Source: a virus
Length of the DNA: 64,000 nt
IMG/VR virus record: IMGVR_UViG_3300020183_000001
Span: 1 to 64,000 of that record
Direction: 5' to 3' (one strand)
Part shown: positions 9,989-17,376 of the stretch, piece by piece
Layout of the letters: the number at the start of each line of letters is the position of its first letter
How positions within the stretch are numbered: the first letter of the stretch is position 1
Position numbers and translations under genes: made by a program
Notes under the pieces: generated by a model
What the model saw: only the letters and a program-made list of their open reading frames with translations
Told to the model about the DNA's origin: nothing
Databases searched by the model: none

Positions 9989-10194
9989 ACCAGGTCCCTG
10001 TGCGCGTTGAGCACATAGCTCAGAAGGCGACACACCTGGTCCATCTACCACCCCTACTGCTCTGCCGGTAGGGTTCCAGCTCAGATACGCTTTATCGTTT
10101 TTGAGTCTGTGCTAAGTCCTACTTCGGTAGGCCAGGGATTTGATCACCCCTGCGTTGACCCCCTAAGCCTCTCAACGATGCTCAAACCTGGGGG
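9989..10194 (+). ncRNA. cluster of consecutive stem-loops, candidate phage sRNA(s)
   Basis: ACCAGGT/ACCTGGT, CCCTAC/GTAGGG, CCTAC-TTCG-GTAGG, CAGGG/CCCTG, CCCCC/GGGGG; no credible ORF. Confidence 0.55.
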
Positions 10195-10199
10195 CACAC

Positions 10200-10271
10200 C
10201 GACCGTTAGTCCATTGGTAAGGACACCCCGACAAGGGAGTTGGATAGCTGGTTCGATTCCAGTCCGGTCGA
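10200..10271 (+). tRNA. atypical tRNA-like element with a truncated anticodon arm
   Basis: Acceptor CGACCG/CGGTCG, D arm GTCC-ATTGGTAA-GGAC, T arm GCTGG-TTCGATT-CCAGT; anticodon arm only CCC-CGACAA-GGG; no encoded CCA. Confidence 0.6.
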
Positions 10272-10607
10272 TTACTTACCAAACAATCGTTTAACGCGAT
10301 TAACAAGATCCATCACACGTCCAGTGATGTTGACACTACGTTTCCAACTGCCTAACTCTGGTTGGTAACAGATAATTTCCCAGTCAGGAAAGTTGTAATC
10401 ATTATCAAACTTTCCTGTGAACATGTCATATGATCTGTAGTACGCCGTGCGTAATTCCCAATATTGTCCCCAGCCCAGATAAAAGGATCCGTCATCACAC
10501 CCGTCTGGATTAAACCAAGTCAGCTCCAGTTGACCTAATTTAATCTTTCCATAATCTGCCCCTGGGTCAATACGCAGAAATAGTAAGTAGGTATCTTCCG
10601 GTTCCAT
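10272..10607 (-). CDS. hypothetical protein
   Basis: 111-aa ORF convergent on the tRNA-like element. Confidence 0.6.
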   Translation of the reverse strand: MEPEDTYLLFLRIDPGADYGKIKLGQLELTWFNPDGCDDGSFYLGWGQYWELRTAYYRSYDMFTGKFDNDYNFPDWEIICYQPELGSWKRSVNITGRVMDLVNRVKRLFGK

Positions 10608-10651
10608 GTGAATAAATTAGCTATACTCAGTGTACATGTTTTAAGAAGCCT

Positions 10652-10900
10652 GTGCCATCAACCAAAAGCACACTTCAACGAAACAAAGAAAAAGTTTTGG
10701 AGTACAAAAAAACGTTAGCTTGTAAACGTTGTGGACTAACCGATTACCGCGTATTAGATTTTCACCACAAAGGAGATAAAGATAAAAGTGTATCAGAACT
10801 TTTAACTCAAGGCTACGCTTGGCGGCGTATCCAAGAAGAGATCGACAAATGTATTCCGTTATGCGCTAACTGTCATCGGTTAGAACATTGGGTTAATTAA
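10652..10900 (+). CDS. small HNH endonuclease
   Basis: CKRCG...LDFHH...EIDKCIPLCANCHRLEH. Confidence 0.85.
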   Translation: MPSTKSTLQRNKEKVLEYKKTLACKRCGLTDYRVLDFHHKGDKDKSVSELLTQGYAWRRIQEEIDKCIPLCANCHRLEHWVN

Positions 10901-11703
10901 ACACCTTCAAATTGATTTTGAACACCGGGTACAATTAAAGGAGGATCCGTCTGTTTTATATACTTTTGAAGCCACTGTTGAGGTCCTAAAGCATTTTTTT
11001 GTTTTATATAATCAATCATACTTTCATTTGTTGTACCTGCAAATTTACTTATGGCTTTTTTAATTGCTCCCTGAACATTTCCTCGACCAGTATTTATGTT
11101 TTCACCACTTGCTTCATAGATTAATTTGTTGGTATTTACACCTTGTTTTAGTTGTTCTTGTACTCCTTGCTCAAGAACATTTATTTGTCCTGGAGTTAAA
11201 TAATCGCTTATGTCCCCAAGTATTCCATAAGAATTTGGCACTTTAAGTAGTGTATCAAAAGCATTTTTCGATACACTGCGAGCAACGTTTGCAAATGTAT
11301 TAAAACTTGCTTGACTCGGTTTACTTCTAGGGGTTGGGTTTAATTTATTTTCTCTTTCTTTCCATTCGGCTTCAAGTGGATCCCATGTTTGACGAACTTT
11401 TTCAACTGCTTGAGCACGATTAATAATTGCTTGATTGCGCTCTGGATTTGGTTTAAGTTGTTGTTTTATTTCTTTTCTTGTTACATTTCCATATAACTCA
11501 TTTTTAGTTTTTTCAAATTCACTATATAATTTATTAAGCGGTCTTCCCATTTGTCGTAACATTTTTTGCAACGGAAGAGGTTGCAATCCTGCAATATCTT
11601 CATATTCTGTTCCCAAAGATGCATTAAAAAAGTTTTTTGGTGCGTTAAAAGAACGCGCAGTATTTAAATACTGTTCAAATAAAACAGGATTTTGCGTGTT
11701 CAT
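10897..11703 (-). CDS. hypothetical protein (AT-rich)
   Basis: 268-aa ORF immediately after dps. Confidence 0.7.
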   Translation of the reverse strand: MNTQNPVLFEQYLNTARSFNAPKNFFNASLGTEYEDIAGLQPLPLQKMLRQMGRPLNKLYSEFEKTKNELYGNVTRKEIKQQLKPNPERNQAIINRAQAVEKVRQTWDPLEAEWKERENKLNPTPRSKPSQASFNTFANVARSVSKNAFDTLLKVPNSYGILGDISDYLTPGQINVLEQGVQEQLKQGVNTNKLIYEASGENINTGRGNVQGAIKKAISKFAGTTNESMIDYIKQKNALGPQQWLQKYIKQTDPPLIVPGVQNQFEGV

Positions 11704-11707
11704 TTTA

Positions 11708-12259
11708 TTAATTATTCCTCAAACTAGCTTTAATCATCCATGCAGCCTTAAATGCTTCACCACACAACTCAGCCATGTAATTTTGGATATCAATAGCACC
11801 AACCTTGGCAGCAACAGGCTCTAGCTTTTTAGTTTTCATACCTAGCTCTTCAAGGTTTTTGTAGTACACACCAAGCATTTCAGTTGCCTTGTAACTGGTG
11901 CAATGTTTGAACTCTGGGCCTGCTTCCATCAAACCGTTGTGGCACATAGGAAGCAAGTAATCCATTGAACGAATAAACTCACCTAGTTTATCAAACTGTT
12001 CAAGGTGAGCTTCATACTGTTTACCAAGAAATTTATGAACACCTAAAAAGTTTCCAGCCTCATAGTTGAAATGAATCAAATGACTTTGTACCTGGAGCTG
12101 GTGCACATAAGCCATCAGTGCAATCAACTGCTGGATAAAAGAACCAACATCGGTACCCTTAGATTTAGCAGGTGCTTTGGGCTTTTCTTGTGCCTGGGGA
12201 ACCACTTGAAGGGGAGGGGTTTGAGGCTCCTGCACCAGTTGAGGACCGGGGGTATACAT
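11708..12259 (-). CDS. dps: Dps / ferritin-like protein
   Basis: HLIHFNYEAGNFLGVHKFLGKQYE...DKLGEFIRS; KAAWMI. Confidence 0.8.
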   Translation of the reverse strand: MYTPGPQLVQEPQTPPLQVVPQAQEKPKAPAKSKGTDVGSFIQQLIALMAYVHQLQVQSHLIHFNYEAGNFLGVHKFLGKQYEAHLEQFDKLGEFIRSMDYLLPMCHNGLMEAGPEFKHCTSYKATEMLGVYYKNLEELGMKTKKLEPVAAKVGAIDIQNYMAELCGEAFKAAWMIKASLRNN

Positions 12260-12332
12260 AGTCTTTAGTCGTTAGTTCCAGTTTAGTACACAGTAATTGC
12301 ATGACTTAAAATAAATAAAAAGACATAGAACC

Positions 12333-12771
12333 ATAAACGAACAAGGGTTGTTTATTACATATCCAGCATTAACCGCACCAGGATCGGGTACTTCAACCCT
12401 GGCGCAATACTATCCCACAATTAAAACACAAAATTATGTACTGTTTGCAACAGCGTGCCGCGCTACTAGGCCTCGGCACAGGAGCTGTCGCGGGCAGCCA
12501 TTTCCAGCATCGGAAGCTCGCCAAAACATGCATTAAGCTTGCGCCAAAATACGCAGTGTCTGGAATTAATACCAATGTAATTGTTGCATTAAACGGTTCA
12601 ATTGATGGTACAAACTGGTCAAAAGTAATTGAAAATCAAACTATTACATCTAATGGAACTAGCCATTACAACGTAGCCAATCATCCTGTGCAATACATTC
12701 AACCAGTCTTTGTATCTGAATCTGGTGGCACAGCAGCCGAAGTTTTATTTAGCATTGGTGCTACTGCTTAA
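12333..12771 (+). pseudogene. beta-rich probable virion protein gene interrupted by a 100-bp insertion
   Basis: ORFs 12348..12536 and 12436..12771 join into ...NYVLFAT-VSGINTNVIVALNGSIDG... when 12454..12556 is removed; ATA sits where a start would be expected (12333). Confidence 0.7.
12454..12553. mobile_element. 100-bp GC-rich insertion flanked by a CAG direct repeat
   Basis: 59 of 100 bases are G/C in an AT-rich gene; CAG at 12451-53 and 12554-56; CGT/ACG ends; causes a frameshift. Confidence 0.6.
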
Positions 12772-12949
12772 TTAAGTATCCAAAATCTCTAGGTTCAGTT
12801 ACTGCTACATCACTGGTACCACACACGTCACAGGTATCAAGATGATAGGTAGCACAATGCTGCTTGGGAGCAATTGCCCCAGGCTGGTACCACCTACCGT
12901 ATTTAACACCGCAATCATTACAAACCCAGTCAATTTGTTTATTTTTCAT
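12761..12949 (-). CDS. small Cys-rich (Zn-binding) protein
   Basis: CNDCG...CDVCG...TEPRDFGY. Confidence 0.7.
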   Translation of the reverse strand: MKNKQIDWVCNDCGVKYGRWYQPGAIAPKQHCATYHLDTCDVCGTSDVAVTEPRDFGYLIKQ

Positions 12950-13190
12950 TGAGTTTAAACCGAAGAGTTGTCTTAAGGTTGTTGTAAAAATGTTCTTTAG
13001 TTTTGTAGAACAAACGTTGTTCTTCTAGTGCATCAATAAATGCTTTAGATATTTCATCTTCAGTGAACATGTCTTCTGCTACAGCAAGCGTGTCACAGAA
13101 TCCATCTACCATTTGTTTATAGCCAGTTGATTTAAGATCCATTGATGTTAACTCTTGAATAGTTTGCATTACGTTGGTTGTGTCGTGCAT
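12939..13190 (-). CDS. hypothetical protein
   Basis: Operonic ORF; start reassigned to MHDTT. Confidence 0.55.
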   Translation of the reverse strand: MHDTTNVMQTIQELTSMDLKSTGYKQMVDGFCDTLAVAEDMFTEDEISKAFIDALEEQRLFYKTKEHFYNNLKTTLRFKLNEK

Positions 13191-13194
13191 GTGT

Positions 13195-13449
13195 TCACGT
13201 AGTTGTTTGGCATCCCCCGGAGCAGCCGTCGCAGGATTCCCCAGTCTTTTGGTTGCGTTGTACTCCGAAATCAAATCCGAGTCTTTGGGTTTCATTAAGA
13301 AAATCTTCAATACACTTGTGATATCCCTGAAGGAATTCTTCAGGGTAAGGAACTTCGTCGTCAGGTGGATAACCTACATACGAAAGAAAGGTAAGATCAA
13401 GGGTTTGTGTAATTTTTTTTAATACTTGAATAGTAGTAGGTTCATTCAT
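13195..13449 (-). CDS. hypothetical protein
   Basis: Operonic ORF with C-terminal CxxCxxxC. Confidence 0.6.
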   Translation of the reverse strand: MNEPTTIQVLKKITQTLDLTFLSYVGYPPDDEVPYPEEFLQGYHKCIEDFLNETQRLGFDFGVQRNQKTGESCDGCSGGCQTTT

Positions 13450-13495
13450 AAGCCTGGTTCAAACTAGGCCCACCTTACGATGGGCCAGTGTTTTG

Positions 13496-13756
13496 TCAAG
13501 TAGCAGATGATTCTTTTAACGATTGTTCGTAAGCTTCTACCGCAGCCTTGAACTCAAAGTACTGATCGCGCATGGCAGGACCAGCTTCTTTAATACAGAA
13601 GTCTTGCCAGAGCCCTGTGTACAAGCCGTGCATTGGATGACTCTTGTGTTGCCGTCCCGCACAGTTGTACATGTGTTCAAGAAAGTCAACCTTTTGTTGT
13701 TCTTTTTTTACATCCCAATTGTCAAGGATTTTTTGATAATCAAAGTCAAATCTCAT
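13496..13756 (-). CDS. hypothetical protein
   Basis: HPMHGLYTGLW motif; ATGA coupling. Confidence 0.7.
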   Translation of the reverse strand: MRFDFDYQKILDNWDVKKEQQKVDFLEHMYNCAGRQHKSHPMHGLYTGLWQDFCIKEAGPAMRDQYFEFKAAVEAYEQSLKESSAT

Positions 13757-13944
13757 GAGCGTTCTTGAATTTGCATGTGATAAATTTCTTGCACTTCTGG
13801 ACGTGCTTCACGAATGGCATCGAACACATCGTCTTCAACCATCTGAATAAACTGCTCTTTGGTGCGACCTTTAAAGCAGTCCCATTCGATTTCTAAATCG
13901 ATAGTAAGCCGTAAGTCCAGAATTACTTTAGGTGGCGCTTCCAT
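13753..13944 (-). CDS. hypothetical protein
   Basis: Operonic ORF. Confidence 0.6.
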   Translation of the reverse strand: MEAPPKVILDLRLTIDLEIEWDCFKGRTKEQFIQMVEDDVFDAIREARPEVQEIYHMQIQERS

Positions 13945-13975
13945 TGCTAGAAGTGAGGTACCCAAATAGGTTACA

Positions 13976-14239
13976 TCATTTTTCTAGTAAACGTTCAAGT
14001 GAGTGCATTTGATTTTGTTGGTAATAACCAAGACGTTCTTGGATAACGTGTGTGTAGTTGATGGCGGCATCAACCATTTCTTCTGCAGTCATAGAAGCTG
14101 CAAGGTTTTCATTAGCCAACATTGCAGCAGTTAATACTGTTGCTTGCCATTCCAACTTGTTACCAATCAATGCTGGTAACGGGGTACCACCTTGCGTAAA
14201 CGATTCAATTAGACGTACTAACCCGTCGTCTGTTGCCAT
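13976..14239 (-). CDS. hypothetical protein
   Basis: SD-like AAGGGG upstream of ATG. Confidence 0.7.
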   Translation of the reverse strand: MATDDGLVRLIESFTQGGTPLPALIGNKLEWQATVLTAAMLANENLAASMTAEEMVDAAINYTHVIQERLGYYQQNQMHSLERLLEK

Positions 14240-14272
14240 GATACCCCTTACGTTTTCTTTAGTTTACCTCGG

Positions 14273-14686
14273 TCATGCTTTACCCTTCATCAAGTAATAC
14301 CAGTAAGCATTCCTTGAGTTTTGGTGGAACCGTTTACCGCTCAGTAATTTAAGCTTACGTTCTTCCAACTCTTGTGCTTTTGCTTCGTTGTACGGAAGTG
14401 TATCTCCGTTATCACAAAGCATTGCTAACTCAAGTTCAACCATTTCAATCTGAAGCTGGAAGTCATCTACTGCTTGTTCATGGCAGCGGCACATGATGTG
14501 TGCATCTTCCAGATCAGTCGGTGGCGTCAGATTCTGATAGAAACTCTTTTGGATATTCGGATGAAAGATTGTCCATTCCTTTGGTGTGGAGGATGCGATT
14601 TCGTTTGATGTTGTAGTCTTGGTGGATTTTGACACCTTGGGGGATACGGGTTCCTTCTTGGTAAGCACGGCAGAGCTTGTCGACAT
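14273..14686 (-). CDS. hypothetical coiled-coil protein (start uncertain)
   Basis: Overlaps the 3' end of the Gp157-like gene. Confidence 0.6.
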   Translation of the reverse strand: MSTSSAVLTKKEPVSPKVSKSTKTTTSNEIASSTPKEWTIFHPNIQKSFYQNLTPPTDLEDAHIMCRCHEQAVDDFQLQIEMVELELAMLCDNGDTLPYNEAKAQELEERKLKLLSGKRFHQNSRNAYWYYLMKGKA

Positions 14687-15242
14687 TTGGAATAATTTCA
14701 ATTTTCGTGACAGGTTTAATAGTTTGTTCAACCATTTCCCCCTCCATGGAAGTTACCACAACTTCTTTCGTTGTTGTGATCGTTTGCTTCAAACAAAAAT
14801 CAAGTTGGTCTTGTTGGTCCCACTCTTCTACAGGAGTAGAGATTTCAACAGTCAGTTCTTTCTTTTTGCTTAAGACAAACTCGTAGTCTTTGCCAACAAT
14901 ACGATTGGAATCCAGTGGTGCAGACCGTCGCAACCAGTTGATAAGACCACGAATGTTGTTGACCTGAGACTCGTGATGTTTACGTGCTGCCATCAAAAGA
15001 TCTTGTTCTTTCTTGGCACGCTCAACTGCATCTTCATGGTGAACCCATGCGTAGTACAGTCGATCTATTTTTTCAGACCGAAGGTTTCTGCACTGGTCCA
15101 GCTCAGCTTGTGCCAACTCCTGGGACTCAGTAGTAAGCAAAGGAAGAGAGCGCTCCAGGGCACCATAGTGTTCGTAAAGTTTTAAGATGGACAGTTCATT
15201 TAGTTTAGTTTGTGTAACTTGTTTTTGTTGAGTTGAGTTCAT
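14514..15242 (-). CDS. siphovirus Gp157-like protein
   Basis: EKIDRL..AW coiled coil; C-terminal DKL..AYQEGTRIPQGV. Confidence 0.6.
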   Translation of the reverse strand: MNSTQQKQVTQTKLNELSILKLYEHYGALERSLPLLTTESQELAQAELDQCRNLRSEKIDRLYYAWVHHEDAVERAKKEQDLLMAARKHHESQVNNIRGLINWLRRSAPLDSNRIVGKDYEFVLSKKKELTVEISTPVEEWDQQDQLDFCLKQTITTTKEVVVTSMEGEMVEQTIKPVTKIEIIPNVDKLCRAYQEGTRIPQGVKIHQDYNIKRNRILHTKGMDNLSSEYPKEFLSESDATD

Positions 15243-15245
15243 GAT

Positions 15246-15359
15246 TTAAGCAAAGTGATTGGTGAGTTTGTTCATCAAATAAGCCAGCATTGCTCCGCAT
15301 GCTGCCCAAAGAATATCTTTGAGAACAGGGACAACAATACCAAGAAGAGTTTCAAACAT
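15246..15359 (-). CDS. small membrane protein (37 aa)
   Basis: MFETLLGIVVPVLKDILWAACGAMLAYLMNKLTNHFA; fills the gap after a pseudoknot element. Confidence 0.6.
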   Translation of the reverse strand: MFETLLGIVVPVLKDILWAACGAMLAYLMNKLTNHFA

Positions 15360-15382
15360 TGGTTTGGATTGGATTAATGAGT

Positions 15383-15409
15383 AGGTAGTTTAACGTCATA
15401 CCCAGGACG
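15383..15409 (-). repeat. family 1 pseudoknot element, copy 1
   Basis: CGTC-CTGGGTAT-GACG-TTAAAC-TACCT. Confidence 0.85.
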
Positions 15410-15414
15410 GTTAA

Positions 15415-15687
15415 TCACTCTTTGATGTTGCTTTCAAACGAATACTGACGCCGTTTAATTGCATCAGGGTTTTTTTCTTTTTGGATGACACGTGCATCCT
15501 CTGATGCAGCATACAAAACTTCCTGGAACGAATCCCAAACAAACTTAGGATCTTTTAAATAACCAGTAAATTCAAAAGCATCAAGCGTAATAACGTGTTG
15601 TCTAAGTAGTTGACAAAGCAAATCAGCTTTACTCTGGACAAGGTGTTTGAAATCTTCTTCAGGAAGATCGTAGGTATCAAGGTTCAT
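15415..15687 (-). CDS. hypothetical protein
   Basis: Operonic ORF. Confidence 0.55.
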   Translation of the reverse strand: MNLDTYDLPEEDFKHLVQSKADLLCQLLRQHVITLDAFEFTGYLKDPKFVWDSFQEVLYAASEDARVIQKEKNPDAIKRRQYSFESNIKE

Positions 15688-15934
15688 TGTCAAAAGATTC
15701 CTCAGGAAGGTGTTGTTCAATAGCCGCAGTTAAGGCATCAGTAATAAACTGTTTTTGTTTTTCTTCTCCAAGGTCTGTCCACCATTGGAGATCAGCATCT
15801 GCCTCATCCCATTCAATGTGAATGGTACCAGAACCATCTTCTTCTTCAATGAATGTGCATTGAAGTTTAAAGACGGTGTCAGGATTCATACCTGAGACAC
15901 AGAGTTCTGCTCTGTAGTCTTGTTTGTTTTCCAT
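15677..15934 (-). CDS. hypothetical acidic protein
   Basis: EEEDGSGTIHIEWD motif. Confidence 0.6.
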   Translation of the reverse strand: MENKQDYRAELCVSGMNPDTVFKLQCTFIEEEDGSGTIHIEWDEADADLQWWTDLGEEKQKQFITDALTAAIEQHLPEESFDNEP

Positions 15935-16872
15935 GCATTTGCTAGCTGAGGTAATGCAAGTCCTGGGAAAGGAACAAAGCCGTTATCTAACATGTTATCA
16001 AAAAGATTCCATGCATCGTGTTGTGTGAATACCTCCTTTGGTTTGTAGGTTTTCCATGCAGGCAGTGGGGCCATTGACCCATGTTTGGTATACAGAACCA
16101 AGAAACGACCCTTATCTAATTTACCTTCTGGTGGCGCGTACCACCAAGCAGTAGCATCTTGAGCTGTTGCACCACGACCTGCACTACGTACTTCACCACG
16201 CTTAACGAGGAGTTGTCTGTAGCGTTTGATCCAGGTCAGATGAATACACCAAGGTTTGTAATCACTAATCTCAGCCTGGAACTCAGACAGATTATTTAGT
16301 TGTCGCTGGAAAGATCCGCAAGAGCAGTACGGTGCTTTCTCATATTCTTTGTTGCTACTAACCTCAGCAGTCTCACCATCTTCACCTGCATCAAAATAAG
16401 ATTCCTCAACAACATGGAAGCCGTCAGGGGCAACCAGATGTCCAAGGTCAAGCTGATCACTTTGTAATAGTGTCTCAAGCTTAATCCGATCTTGTATGTG
16501 AATGAACTTATCCGCCCACGAACGTTGAGCTTGCGCTGCAGGCGAGAGGTGCCCAAGTGCGTGGCTGTAGTGCCAACCTTTGAAGAGTACGTATGCATTG
16601 TGACGCCAAATGGATGGACCACGGAAGTTAGGACCTAGGTAAGAGAAAAAATCTTTTAGTCGAAATGTAAACTGCTGGTACGCAGCCTTAATCATTTCCC
16701 TGTCATAAGTTTGCTCAGTACCATCGTTACGCACCACGATAGCAGAATTATCTCGCAAATAAATTGCGGAGATTTCCGTGTCATCAAATTCCGGAAACGC
16801 ACGTCTGATATTGCTACGGGTGTAAATAATTTGTTGAGCTTGGTTGAGTTGAGTAATAAGTTCGGTTGTCAT
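15886..16872 (-). CDS. SWIM-type Zn-finger protein
   Basis: YCSCGSF...KPWCIHL. Confidence 0.7.
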   Translation of the reverse strand: MTTELITQLNQAQQIIYTRSNIRRAFPEFDDTEISAIYLRDNSAIVVRNDGTEQTYDREMIKAAYQQFTFRLKDFFSYLGPNFRGPSIWRHNAYVLFKGWHYSHALGHLSPAAQAQRSWADKFIHIQDRIKLETLLQSDQLDLGHLVAPDGFHVVEESYFDAGEDGETAEVSSNKEYEKAPYCSCGSFQRQLNNLSEFQAEISDYKPWCIHLTWIKRYRQLLVKRGEVRSAGRGATAQDATAWWYAPPEGKLDKGRFLVLYTKHGSMAPLPAWKTYKPKEVFTQHDAWNLFDNMLDNGFVPFPGLALPQLANAWKTNKTTEQNSVSQV

Positions 16873-16907
16873 GGTCGAGTTGAGTTTGTGTTGATTTCCT
16901 GACATGC

Positions 16908-17078
16908 TCAGGATTTGGATTTAAACTTTTCAGCCTGGTACACACTGGTAGTAATTTTGTATGTACCCCAGACTGCTGTGGCAAGGGCGACGGGCGTGCC
17001 AATCATAGCAGCTAATCCACCAGTAATCAGACCAGTTGCAATCCCTGTAACAAATGCAACTTTTTCTTCGTGTTTCAT
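16908..17078 (-). CDS. small membrane protein (56 aa)
   Basis: MKHEEKVAFVTGIATGLITGGLAAMIG... Confidence 0.55.
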   Translation of the reverse strand: MKHEEKVAFVTGIATGLITGGLAAMIGTPVALATAVWGTYKITTSVYQAEKFKSKS

Positions 17079-17121
17079 TTAATTAATGTGAGTAGAATTA
17101 ATTATCTTCAAATAGAAACTT

Positions 17122-17376
17122 ATGGAAGAAGTTTACATTCCCCTACATAAGTTTGATATAGAACCATCGATTGATGATTTGTTTTGGGAAGAGAAAATTA
17201 AACGGTCAATTCAAGAGTGTAACTCCGTAAGTACATTGAAAGAAATGGCTACCCTCTTGGCGAGGATAGCCACACAACGCCAAGGAATAATTAAAGGGTT
17301 GGTCAAAGACATTAACATTTTTAACAACGTGTTGATTGATGCTAATGAAATTGCCAACCCTGAAATCAAACCTTAA
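17122..17376 (+). CDS. hypothetical protein (lone + strand gene in the early arm)
   Basis: TAGAAT just upstream; helical ORF. Confidence 0.65.
   Translation: MEEVYIPLHKFDIEPSIDDLFWEEKIKRSIQECNSVSTLKEMATLLARIATQRQGIIKGLVKDINIFNNVLIDANEIANPEIKP

Noticed and set aside
10109-10294. 61-aa ORF over the ncRNA island
   Set aside because: No RBS, overlaps the tRNA-like fold and has no protein features.
12454-12556. Insertion as a group I/II or GT-AG intron, or a T4 gene-60-type bypass
   Set aside because: Too short with no catalytic core; GT..AG removal (102 nt) does not restore the frame; no stop codon directly after a matched take-off codon.
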